DNA of 64,000 nucleotides from a virus (taxonomy: Duplodnaviria > Caudoviricetes), in IMG/VR virus record IMGVR_UViG_3300006153_000012, positions 1-64,000 of that record; one strand, given 5' to 3'. Under the pieces are notes generated by a model, which saw only the letters and a program-made list of their open reading frames with translations, was not told where the DNA came from and searched no databases. Shown here piece after piece: positions 29,916 to 38,048 of the stretch; position 1 is the stretch's first letter; each line of letters starts with the position of its first letter. The position numbers and the translations under genes were made by a program.

Positions 29916-30000
29916 TGCTTTGAGATATAGTTTATATCAATAATTGAGATATGTCAATACTGTATAGGCAGTATTGTAACAATAAGGGCGGTATTTAAAC

Positions 30001-30294
30001 ATGATTGATTGGAGTAACTTTGAAAATAAATTACAGGAACGTGGCAGGAGAGCAGAACTATCACGTCAAACAGGCATATCTACCGGCAACATACGAGACT
30101 GGTTCAATCCTGATAAACCAGCACAGCCAAGTGCGGATGCTCTTGTTAAGATATCAAAAGCCCTTGATTGCTCCGTAGACTACCTGCTTGGGCTTACTGA
30201 TGTTGAAAAGAGAGCAACAAATAAATCAAACATCATCCCAATTCCAATAGTGAAGCAAAAGGCTGCCGCTGGACTTGGGATACAAACCAACTGA
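30001..30294 (+). CDS. XRE/CI-type HTH repressor, truncated before the S24 peptidase domain
   Basis: HTH (ELSRQTGISTGNIRDW...SVDYLLG) followed by IPIV..KAAAG then stop. Confidence 0.7.
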   Translation: MIDWSNFENKLQERGRRAELSRQTGISTGNIRDWFNPDKPAQPSADALVKISKALDCSVDYLLGLTDVEKRATNKSNIIPIPIVKQKAAAGLGIQTN

Positions 30295-30300
30295 ACTGTT

Positions 30301-30349
30301 AATTGTTTTGAATATCATACTTATAAATTTTGCAACTTGTGGAGAATTG
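30301..30349 (-). repeat. 3' splice-site module copy 3 with one CUCCACA hairpin
   Basis: AGTATG|ATATTCAAAACAAT at 30316/30315; loop at 30338. Confidence 0.8.
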
Positions 30350-30549
30350 AATGTAGATTTTTATTTGAATCAGTAAATATTATTAACTCACTTATCAACC
30401 TTACAAAAACAATATTATTTTCGATGGATTTTCCCGTAGAAATATGGTATACTAATTCTTGCATATTGTTGGAGTGTACCGCACTTCATTATAACCACTC
30501 ATTACTCACCAAAGTTTGGGTGGTTATTTTAAAAGAAGGGAACAGTGCT

Positions 30550-30759
30550 ATGGATAGCAAAATGATTGTTGACTCAATAAATATTTTGTGTAAAATAAAT
30601 AATATTTCAATATCTCAATTAGAAAAAGATTTAAACTTTAAGCCGTCATTAATTGACAGTTGGAACAATTCATTACCTACTCTTGATGAAATTGTGGATA
30701 TAGCTAATTATTTTGAAGTATCATTGGATGATTTAATAAAAAATAAAATTAAAAAATGA
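30550..30759 (+). CDS. Small XRE-family HTH protein
   Basis: ISISQLEKDLNF...IVDIANYFEVSLDDL; SD AAGGG. Confidence 0.75.
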   Translation: MDSKMIVDSINILCKINNISISQLEKDLNFKPSLIDSWNNSLPTLDEIVDIANYFEVSLDDLIKNKIKK

Positions 30760-30810
30760 AAGAGAGGGTTGCCCCTCTCTGTTCTATCCATATTTGCATT
30801 ATGAAATTAT

Positions 30811-31803
30811 TTATGCTGTCCTAATCATATTTCTCCAGTAATCAAGCCTACCGCGCACATTCTCAGGACTGCTTGTTCCTGACTGTACATATTGCTTATA
30901 ATCGTTATTTGTTTCGTATTCATTAAGAAACTTATTGACCAATTCAACCAACTTTGAGAATGATTTCTTGTCCTTAATAATCCGGTATCCGCTATATAAT
31001 ACCATTGGAATTGATGTGACAGGTATTTTAATCTCATCAAATGCTTCGTCAAATTTATCCATTGATTCTTTTAACACGTCAACTTTTGATAGACTTTCAT
31101 CAGCGTAATCTTGCACGAAAACATCAATGTCTTTTGCTCTGAATGATGTAAAATCTCTCTCCTGATTGCTGCAAATAAGCATTAATGTTTGAATTATTAG
31201 ATCTCTATCTGTACCGTTTTTCCTTTGTGTAGGTGTAACTAACTTATCCATAAAGGGATGGTTTGCCAAAGAATATACAGCATCGCTGAATGCATCGGAC
31301 TCATGTACAATACGAAGCAATTTCCCGTTGAGGGGCTTGGAAGTGTTCTGCCGCCTGAACATTTCCTTTACCTCATTATCGGTATAATCAGACAATGTAC
31401 AGAACTCTAAGCTGCAGGCAAGGAGGGTTGATTGCACTTCTTCATCAAGTTTTTTGAATTTTTTGCCTGCTAATTCATATTTGTTTTCTACAATCTCACC
31501 TTCTTCTTTGCTCCGGATGATAATATTGGGCGTGTCCTTGCTAAGGGCAAACTCATTATTTATATAACTGATACATGTTGAAGTCCTTTGGGAACCATCA
31601 AGTGTGTATGAAGTGCCATCTTCATCAACAACATAAATAGGATTCACAGGAAAGCCTGAAAGCAGACTGTGTATCAGCAAAGACTTCATTTTGGGACTCC
31701 ATTGTCCAATAGGACGCTGAAGTTTATGTGAAAAAGAAATATTCCCCTTTTTGTGTTGATTGGTAATCCACTGTAAAGTACGTTCTTTACTGGATGTCTT
31801 CAT
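30811..31803 (-). CDS. DUF262 (ParB/Srx-like) domain protein
   Basis: LQRPIGQW, SLL.GFP, LDGSQR, MFRRQN. Confidence 0.75.
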   Translation of the reverse strand: MKTSSKERTLQWITNQHKKGNISFSHKLQRPIGQWSPKMKSLLIHSLLSGFPVNPIYVVDEDGTSYTLDGSQRTSTCISYINNEFALSKDTPNIIIRSKEEGEIVENKYELAGKKFKKLDEEVQSTLLACSLEFCTLSDYTDNEVKEMFRRQNTSKPLNGKLLRIVHESDAFSDAVYSLANHPFMDKLVTPTQRKNGTDRDLIIQTLMLICSNQERDFTSFRAKDIDVFVQDYADESLSKVDVLKESMDKFDEAFDEIKIPVTSIPMVLYSGYRIIKDKKSFSKLVELVNKFLNEYETNNDYKQYVQSGTSSPENVRGRLDYWRNMIRTA

Positions 31804-32006
31804 TCTGCTACCTCCGAAAATATTTTGAATTTTGATATTTTCAGAGTAGCACATTTATAAATTATTGTAAATAATTTTTTGTGAAAAATTGTGTGAAATA
31901 AGATTATTTTAATTAATATATCTTTATATTTGACAATATATGTCAGTATGTTACAATATCAATTACAGCACTCAGACTTGATTCTGTAACCACCTCCAAA
32001 AAATAA

Positions 32007-32071
32007 CTCGCCTCCACGCGAGATAGGCTTGCTCCACACAAGCCACCGACATAGTATGATGTTCAAAACAA
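32007..32071 (+). repeat. Inverted copy of the 3' splice-site module with two CUCCAC(A) hairpins
   Basis: AGTATG|ATGTTCAAAACAA at 32058/32059; loops at 32012 and 32032; promoter-like TTGACA...TACAAT at 31930-31957. Confidence 0.75.
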
Positions 32072-32093
32072 CAATGATTATCGGAGGTGGCTC

Positions 32094-32312
32094 ATGGGAA
32101 ATATAATTAAAAGTGCTGTTGAGTGTGAATTTGCGTATGGGATGGTATGCGTATTAGCCAGTTTTATATTCTTTTACGCCGCCATTCGATTTGTAGTACC
32201 TTACATATATAAGATTGTATGTAAATTATGCAATACATTGGTGAAGTACAAAGATATTCACACAAAAGCCAATGTTAAGGATGTCTCGTTTGAGACAGAA
32301 TTACATCGGTAA
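32094..32312 (+). CDS. Small membrane protein
   Basis: SD GGAGGTGG, one hydrophobic helix. Confidence 0.6.
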   Translation: MGNIIKSAVECEFAYGMVCVLASFIFFYAAIRFVVPYIYKIVCKLCNTLVKYKDIHTKANVKDVSFETELHR

Positions 32313-33043
32313 TTTTGGACTACTGGATTCCACTCTGGTAGTCCTTTGGCTTGTCTTGTTTATATGATTCTCCGTTTCTTCCCTACGGCTAGGAGAAATC
32401 CTTACATTATTCTATTCCTTCTATAATAAGTATAGTTGCTATTAAGAAATAGAAGAGTAGCATCACTCTTTTGGTTCATGCTTATATTATTAGGCTCCAC
32501 CCTAATAATATACAATCTATTTCGGTTCTATCTTCTTATCAACTCCGATAGTGAGAGTTCCAACAAATGTGTAAGACGTAGGAGATAAGATTCCTAACAG
32601 CAATTACTAACCGCTACACTCGGCAAAGTCTGGATCACTCCTTGCAGCATTAGGAATTTCACCTAATGCCACCTGCCCTGATGCTCTCTGAGATTAGCAC
32701 TCATCTAGTGAGATTTCCATCCTTAAAAGGATTTCTGTACATTCTGTACGCTGTCATCTGCTCGTTATTGTCAAATATCACATTGTAACTATAGCCGTTT
32801 GTGTTGCCACTTAGGAGAGTAGTGATATTTGTATACCAACTTTCAAGACCATTAATTGCTAAATGGTGTATCCATAATGCAGAGGGATACCATATCTGCT
32901 ATACTTATAAAAAGTATACGGTGGTTAATTCCACACGAGATTCAATTGTGTATTTCACAAAGGATAATATTTAAAACTTATTCTTTGAATAAGAACCAAT
33001 ATTACAACAGGCATATTCGATATGAGGGATTACGTTTTACCCT
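32310..33043 (-). ncRNA. Large structured RNA, putative ribozyme core of the giant intron
   Basis: ~730 nt with no credible ORF and many stems (e.g. GCAUUAGG/CCUAAUGC, 12-bp stem with GUGGAG loop), starting at the 5' splice site. Confidence 0.7.
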
Positions 33044-34978
33044 ACCTGTGTTTTTAAACCCAGCAAATAATCCTGCTCCGAGTCCGATAGATCCAAACAA
33101 CCCAAGTTTGGAGGTTAGTGTGTCGATGATGTTCATAACTGATGTTAATCCGTCAACGACTGTTTTCATGTCACTTCTTTTAAAGAGGTTTTGGGCTACT
33201 GATGTGGATGTTTCGGATAGGCGGTTGAGTTTGAAATCGAGACTATCCATAATTACTGACATTTCTCTATCTGCTGATCCAGCACTATTTTCCATCACTT
33301 CAATAGCAGAGCGGATTTGATCAAAATTTTTGATCATTGCCGCGCCTACTTGAGCACGATTTTTCCCAAATAATTTGTTAAGTAATTCATTTTGTGACTT
33401 TGCATCAATTTCGTCCCAAATGTCAGAAATATCACCAAGGTAATCAACTAAATCTCTGTATTCTGTTTGGGAAGAATCAGTAAATAAAGAAATTCCTTGA
33501 CCATTATTACTTGCAACTTTTGTCAAATCAATGACCTCGCCCTTAATATTAGCAAGATCTTCACTAAATTCTTCAGTTTCCTCGTCATAAGACCTAACAC
33601 GCAAAGCGATTGAACGGATAGCATTACCTACCTGTGATGCATCTTGAACAATTTCTTGTGCTCCAGTAAAAAGTGCAATATTCGACTCGATTGTTCCTCC
33701 AACGGCGGCCATTGCAGCAGAAGATTTTCTTAAACCTTCGGCTATTTCTGCGTTAGAAGTTCCAAATTTGTTACCTACGTCATTGATTTTACTAAGTATT
33801 CCATCTAATACATCATCAACTTCTACATCATAAGCACGCATCATAGATACTAAAGAAGTAGTGGCTTCGTCAACATCCATGCCTGGTGAGATGCTTGCAA
33901 ATTGGGAACTGAATTTTGCCATTTTTGTAGCTGCCTCACCGCTAGAAAATCCGAGCCTTGACCAGGCGGAACTTTGATTAATTATCTCCTCAGTAGTAAC
34001 CCCCATCTGTTTTGCTACTTTATTAGAAGAATAATAAAAATCTTCCAGCTCACTATTTGTCATAGTAGTAGTCTTTTTCAGATCCACCAAAGCAGTATCC
34101 AGTGCCTTAACAGTTCCTAATCCACCCTTAACAGACTGGATCGCTTTCATTACCAAGAAAGTTGAACTCGTCCAATAGCTAAATGAACTCATTCCTTCTC
34201 TCAAAGTCTGAAAGAATGTTTTTCCTAGTTTTCCAGCATTACGGGCTTGTACAACTGCATTATTAAACTCCTGATTTAACTTTGCAATTTCTTCTCTTGT
34301 AAGCTTTGCACCTTGTGTAGTTTCATTAAATATTCTCATAAATTCTCCGGAATATTTAACAGCTTTGCCATTTTTACTCATAAAATCATTAACTTGATTG
34401 TGTAAAGAAGAAATAGCAGAGTCCTTAGCCATTTCAGCATTCATTTTACGAACATCATTAGTAATTTTCTGATATTCAGTATCAAGCTTTTTGCTGGACT
34501 CGATTAATCTTTTTTGTGTTGCTTCTGACTTGTTATTTGCATAAGCTTCTGATGCTTGTGTTAATTTTGTCAATGCATCACTCAATGCAGCGGTGTTAAT
34601 CCTTGCCTGACCTTCACTGTCAGTCCATTGTCTCGTCCTTGCAATCAGAGTTTCAACTTTGGATTCATATCCGCCTGTCTCCATTGAAAGTTGAATTTTA
34701 TCGGCTCTTGATGTTGCGTTATTTACATCTCTGATCACTTGGTTTATCGAAGATAAAATCTTGCTTGTATCAATATTTAATTTTCCTGAGCTTGCTTGAT
34801 TTAAAGCAGTTTGTATCTGTTTGGCAAAATTTTGTAATTCCTGCTTACTTGCTGATGTGTCTAATACAGTTTTTAGATTTATATTTTTACTTTCAAGCTG
34901 TCCTTTTAGCTTATTTAGATCTGTTATTGCATTTGATGTATCTAATCGTGTAATTAATTGGACAATAAATTCATCCAT
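33044..34978 (-). CDS. Tape measure protein, exon 1 (645 aa)
   Basis: TP901-type TMP domain (LDTALVDLKKTT...WSRLG...AKFSS); SD AAAGGAG; ends KNTG. Confidence 0.9.
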
Positions 34979-35040
34979 ATATTTCAGGACTCCTTTCAAA
35001 TAAAAAACTCCCATGCTCTATCATGAGAGTTTATGATTCT

Positions 35041-35481
35041 TTATTTAACCGTTACTGTTAATCCTTTTGTTTTGAAAAAATATGTAAATTGGTCAAGAAA
35101 TTGTTTAGAATGAATTTCTTTCAAAGCATCATCCCAAAATCTCATATCACCAACTTTTACAGGATGATAATATCCATGAAATCCCTGATTTGCCTGTTTA
35201 GCGGTTCCTTCCATAGTCCACCCGTTATAATATGTTATAGATGTGTCTATATAAATTTCTGCACAACAAGAATTTCCAATTCGCTTTACATCCGTTCTTA
35301 CAACAGAATTTAAAAAATTCCAAACCCTAGAATAAAATTCTGGCGTATATTCTTTATAATAATATTTGATAAATTCTTCAATTGTTATTTTAATTTTATC
35401 CGCTATTTTATCAGTGATATAGGTAGCATATCTATCAAAGCTATTTTGTAGTTGAGCAATGTTTTTTATTACTTGTGACAT
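35041..35481 (-). CDS. Tail-module hypothetical protein
   Basis: 146 aa, directly upstream of TMP, SD GGATGTG. Confidence 0.65.
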   Translation of the reverse strand: MSQVIKNIAQLQNSFDRYATYITDKIADKIKITIEEFIKYYYKEYTPEFYSRVWNFLNSVVRTDVKRIGNSCCAEIYIDTSITYYNGWTMEGTAKQANQGFHGYYHPVKVGDMRFWDDALKEIHSKQFLDQFTYFFKTKGLTVTVK

Positions 35482-35577
35482 AAATCACATCCATTCTTAT
35501 AATTTCTGTATACAAATATTTTATTTTGTTATATAATATTTTCATCTGTGGCAGCATAGGTAAAGAAAGGAACTGCT

Positions 35578-35667
35578 GTGATAGAGACTGCTTGCTCAAT
35601 CATCTCTGTGTGCATAGCAACTTTAGGATTGTTATACACGATTTACAGAGACAATAAAAAGAAATAA
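35578..35667 (+). CDS. Small hydrophobic peptide, putative type I toxin
   Basis: MIETACSIISVCIATLGLLYTIYRDNKKK; SD AAAGG; GTG start. Confidence 0.5.
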   Translation: MIETACSIISVCIATLGLLYTIYRDNKKK

Positions 35668-36014
35668 TATAACATAAAGTACAAAAGATATGAGTATTTG
35701 CTTATTTTGTAAATTTGATGAAACGATAAAAGACTAGTCACCTTTTATTACACAAAAAAATATATAAATCCTATGTTTGCGCAAGTTTCTGAGGTATAGC
35801 AAGATGAGCAAAGAAAGTATCTGCTTGACAATGATAACGATAATGGTATAATAAAATGTAGAGCAAGCAAAAATATCATGGGAGTTTCTATTTTAGAATT
35901 GCAATCTGACTAATTGCAATATCTAAGTCCTTTAAGAAGGGTAATTGATACTTCCCCCAGAGGTAGCATCGTTGAAATACGGTGCTATTTCTCTATGTCA
36001 ATGAAAGAGACATT

Positions 36015-36197
36015 CTATGCCTCCGCTTTATTATTTGATTCGTGAATCAATTTCGCAAGAGAATCCACGAATTTCTTTTCAAGTTCCTCTGGATTTTTAA
36101 TAAGTTCCATAACCTGTTTGTCAATAAACTGCCAAATAGCTAATCTCCATTTACTCCTCAATTGCCAACATCTAAACATTCTAAATAGAGTAATCAT
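36015..36197 (-). CDS. Small hypothetical protein
   Basis: 60-aa ORF after AAGG; start uncertain. Confidence 0.4.
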   Translation of the reverse strand: MITLFRMFRCWQLRSKWRLAIWQFIDKQVMELIKNPEELEKKFVDSLAKLIHESNNKAEA

Positions 36198-36202
36198 AAT
36201 TT

Positions 36203-36391
36203 TTATTCCTTTCTATAAATATTAAATTTCCAATAATAAGAATCATCAGTCCAAATTTTATATTGATTATCAAATGGATCATATTTAACTCGTAATATTT
36301 GCGGACTGGTGTTGCAAATTTGAAAGTATGTTTCTGGATTGATGTGATAATTTTTAGATTTTATAATTTGATCTATTTCGTAAGAGTACAT
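36203..36391 (-). CDS. Small hypothetical protein
   Basis: 62 aa, overlaps the resolvase stop. Confidence 0.6.
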   Translation of the reverse strand: MYSYEIDQIIKSKNYHINPETYFQICNTSPQILRVKYDPFDNQYKIWTDDSYYWKFNIYRKE

Positions 36392-36894
36392 GCTGTATCA
36401 TGAAGAAATTTTTCTACATCATATCTATAATTAACTTTTAGTTTTCTTTTTTTTATTTTTATGGGATTGCAATATTCAATCATATCTTTTTCATTAAAGC
36501 TTTTCTTAGTTATCATTTCTGATAATCTGCAAAAATCATCTATAAACAAAAAATAAGTGGTATCTGTTTTTCTGAAATCTAAAACAAATCCACTTATGAT
36601 ATTTTCATATGTATTTAGTTTTTTCAATGATTCAATTTGATGATAATGAATAATTCCATTATCTTCTTTGCACCTTTCAAAAGAGCATGAATTTTCAAAT
36701 GTTTTTAACTCAAGGGAATACAATATTCCTGTTTTCCCATTATACATTATATAATCGCAAGGACTACGCTGACTAAACCTTAAATTATTTGCCATATTAA
36801 AAGATTGGGCAGCATCTGGTGGCTTGTATGTAAATAACCAAGCGGGACAACTTGCTTTCCAATTTTGCTCAAAAACTTTACCGGTATTTTTCAT
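36373..36894 (-). CDS. RecU-like Holliday junction resolvase
   Basis: GKVFE...SPCDY...LELK PD-(D/E)xK nuclease pattern. Confidence 0.7.
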   Translation of the reverse strand: MKNTGKVFEQNWKASCPAWLFTYKPPDAAQSFNMANNLRFSQRSPCDYIMYNGKTGILYSLELKTFENSCSFERCKEDNGIIHYHQIESLKKLNTYENIISGFVLDFRKTDTTYFLFIDDFCRLSEMITKKSFNEKDMIEYCNPIKIKKRKLKVNYRYDVEKFLHDTACTLTK

Positions 36895-36927
36895 TTAAAT
36901 TCACTTCCCAGTTTAAAATTTGATTAT

Positions 36928-37364
36928 TTGACATTTTATGACATTTCTCTTATAATAATGACTATAAGCAATTATCCAACATTTTATTTTGGCTAGATAG
37001 GATGGTTGGCGGTTTTGAGTCACGTCAGAACAGCAATGTTCTGTTTATCGGATAGATACCCTTGCTAAGAAAGGAGGGTTATAGAAGAAGTGACAATTTG
37101 TGAACTAATTGTAATACCATTAGTTATTGGCATTGTAAGCGGAGTAGTATCAGCTTACATAGTCAAATTCCTTGATAAAAGGCACAAAAATAACCGCCAT
37201 GAGATGAAGTGAAGCGGTTACTTTTGTGTTAATGATTCATTTTTGATTTATTAGCCATAAACCTACCCAAATTACGGCTCAAACCGTCAACGGATAATTG
37301 CTTATTTTAATGTAAAAACTCTTTCTATATTCATTATCATAATTCAAATTGATTACATTGTCAA
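36928..37364. other. Type I toxin-antitoxin locus (Fst/par-like)
   Basis: Convergent promoters (TTGACA-N17-TATAAT at 36928; TTGACA-N17-TATGAT at 37364) and 5'/3' fold-back AAGCAATTATCC/GGATAATTGCTT. Confidence 0.75.
37090..37212 (+). CDS. Fst-like type I toxin peptide (40 aa)
   Basis: MTICELIVIPLVIGIVSGVVSAYIVKFLDKRHKNNRHEMK; SD AAGGAGG. Confidence 0.75.
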   Translation: MTICELIVIPLVIGIVSGVVSAYIVKFLDKRHKNNRHEMK

Positions 37365-37454
37365 TAAAAAATGTCTAAATTTGTCGCTCAGTGTCTTATA
37401 ATATAACATAATACGACAAGTCGATATCACTTTGCCTTATTCTTTTATGGCTAT

Positions 37455-38027
37455 TTATATCTGTGGAATTTTTTCCCATGTATACATTTCTTTTTGTACG
37501 ACACTGTGAACAAAGCTGTTCTTTCCTTCAGCAGATTCGTACTCATCAATTAAATCTTCCAATGCTTCCAGTTCCATATCATTGATCTTACCAAATGAAT
37601 GATAGTATCTATATGACTGGCTTATTTTATCTTTTAATTCAGCCCTGATACGTTTATTGTTTTTCCGTTCACTTTCTAAAAAACGTTCATCAGTATCACG
37701 TTTCATGTTATCTATTTTTTTTGAGATTTCAGATAATGACTCGGAAAGTTTATTTTGAGCATCGGTCAGATCTTTCTGAATAGAAAAAGATTGTTCACGA
37801 TCATGAATCCTATTTTCCATTAATGTTCTAATGTTAGATTGATTATCCCTGATAGTCTGCAATAATTCTTCTTTTTTCTTCTTTCTGTTGTATAAATCAT
37901 TAAAAAATTCAGAAATAACTTTTCTGTTTTTGATAACAATCCAACATATAAGAATAATAAGCATAAATGCAGCAATCATAATCATAGGGTTGATATTTTC
38001 TAAATAATTAAGTAATAATTTTTCCAT
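37455..38027 (-). CDS. Membrane-anchored coiled-coil protein (lysis module)
   Basis: N-terminal TM helix, downstream of the endolysin. Confidence 0.65.
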   Translation of the reverse strand: MEKLLLNYLENINPMIMIAAFMLIILICWIVIKNRKVISEFFNDLYNRKKKKEELLQTIRDNQSNIRTLMENRIHDREQSFSIQKDLTDAQNKLSESLSEISKKIDNMKRDTDERFLESERKNNKRIRAELKDKISQSYRYYHSFGKINDMELEALEDLIDEYESAEGKNSFVHSVVQKEMYTWEKIPQI

Positions 38028-38048
38028 TATATCATAATTAAGCCTTTC

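Larger units (their letters stand above)
23085..33043 (-). mobile_element. Giant cargo-carrying group I-like intron in TMP (~9.96 kb)
   Basis: P1 ACAGGU/GCCUGU with U.G; P10 UCGAAUAU/AUAUUCAA; terminal G; in-frame join KNTG|IFKT. Confidence 0.75.

Noticed and set aside
23071-32071. Shufflon or invertible-DNA explanation for the 20-bp repeats
   Set aside because: Three of four copies are direct, no inversion would fuse exon 1 to exon 2, no adjacent invertase, and the conserved features are RNA stems with strand-specific G.U pairs. Kept only as a secondary possibility.
23085-33043. IStron or group II intron
   Set aside because: No IS200/IS605/IS607 transposase or TnpB, no reverse transcriptase, and no GUGYG 5' end or domain V recognised.
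32856-33320. 154-aa + strand ORF across the exon 1/intron junction, and the ORF-track extensions at 23064, 30337 and 57247
   Set aside because: They overlap TMP, the RNA elements or a tRNA; better starts with SD exist downstream or the ORF is a shadow.
16379-35014. TMP as a broken pseudogene or three independent proteins
   Set aside because: Both gaps have U.G P1 and P10 pairings with a terminal G and give exact in-frame joins; exon 2 lacks an SD; all other virion genes look intact. Not excluded without RNA data, but less parsimonious.
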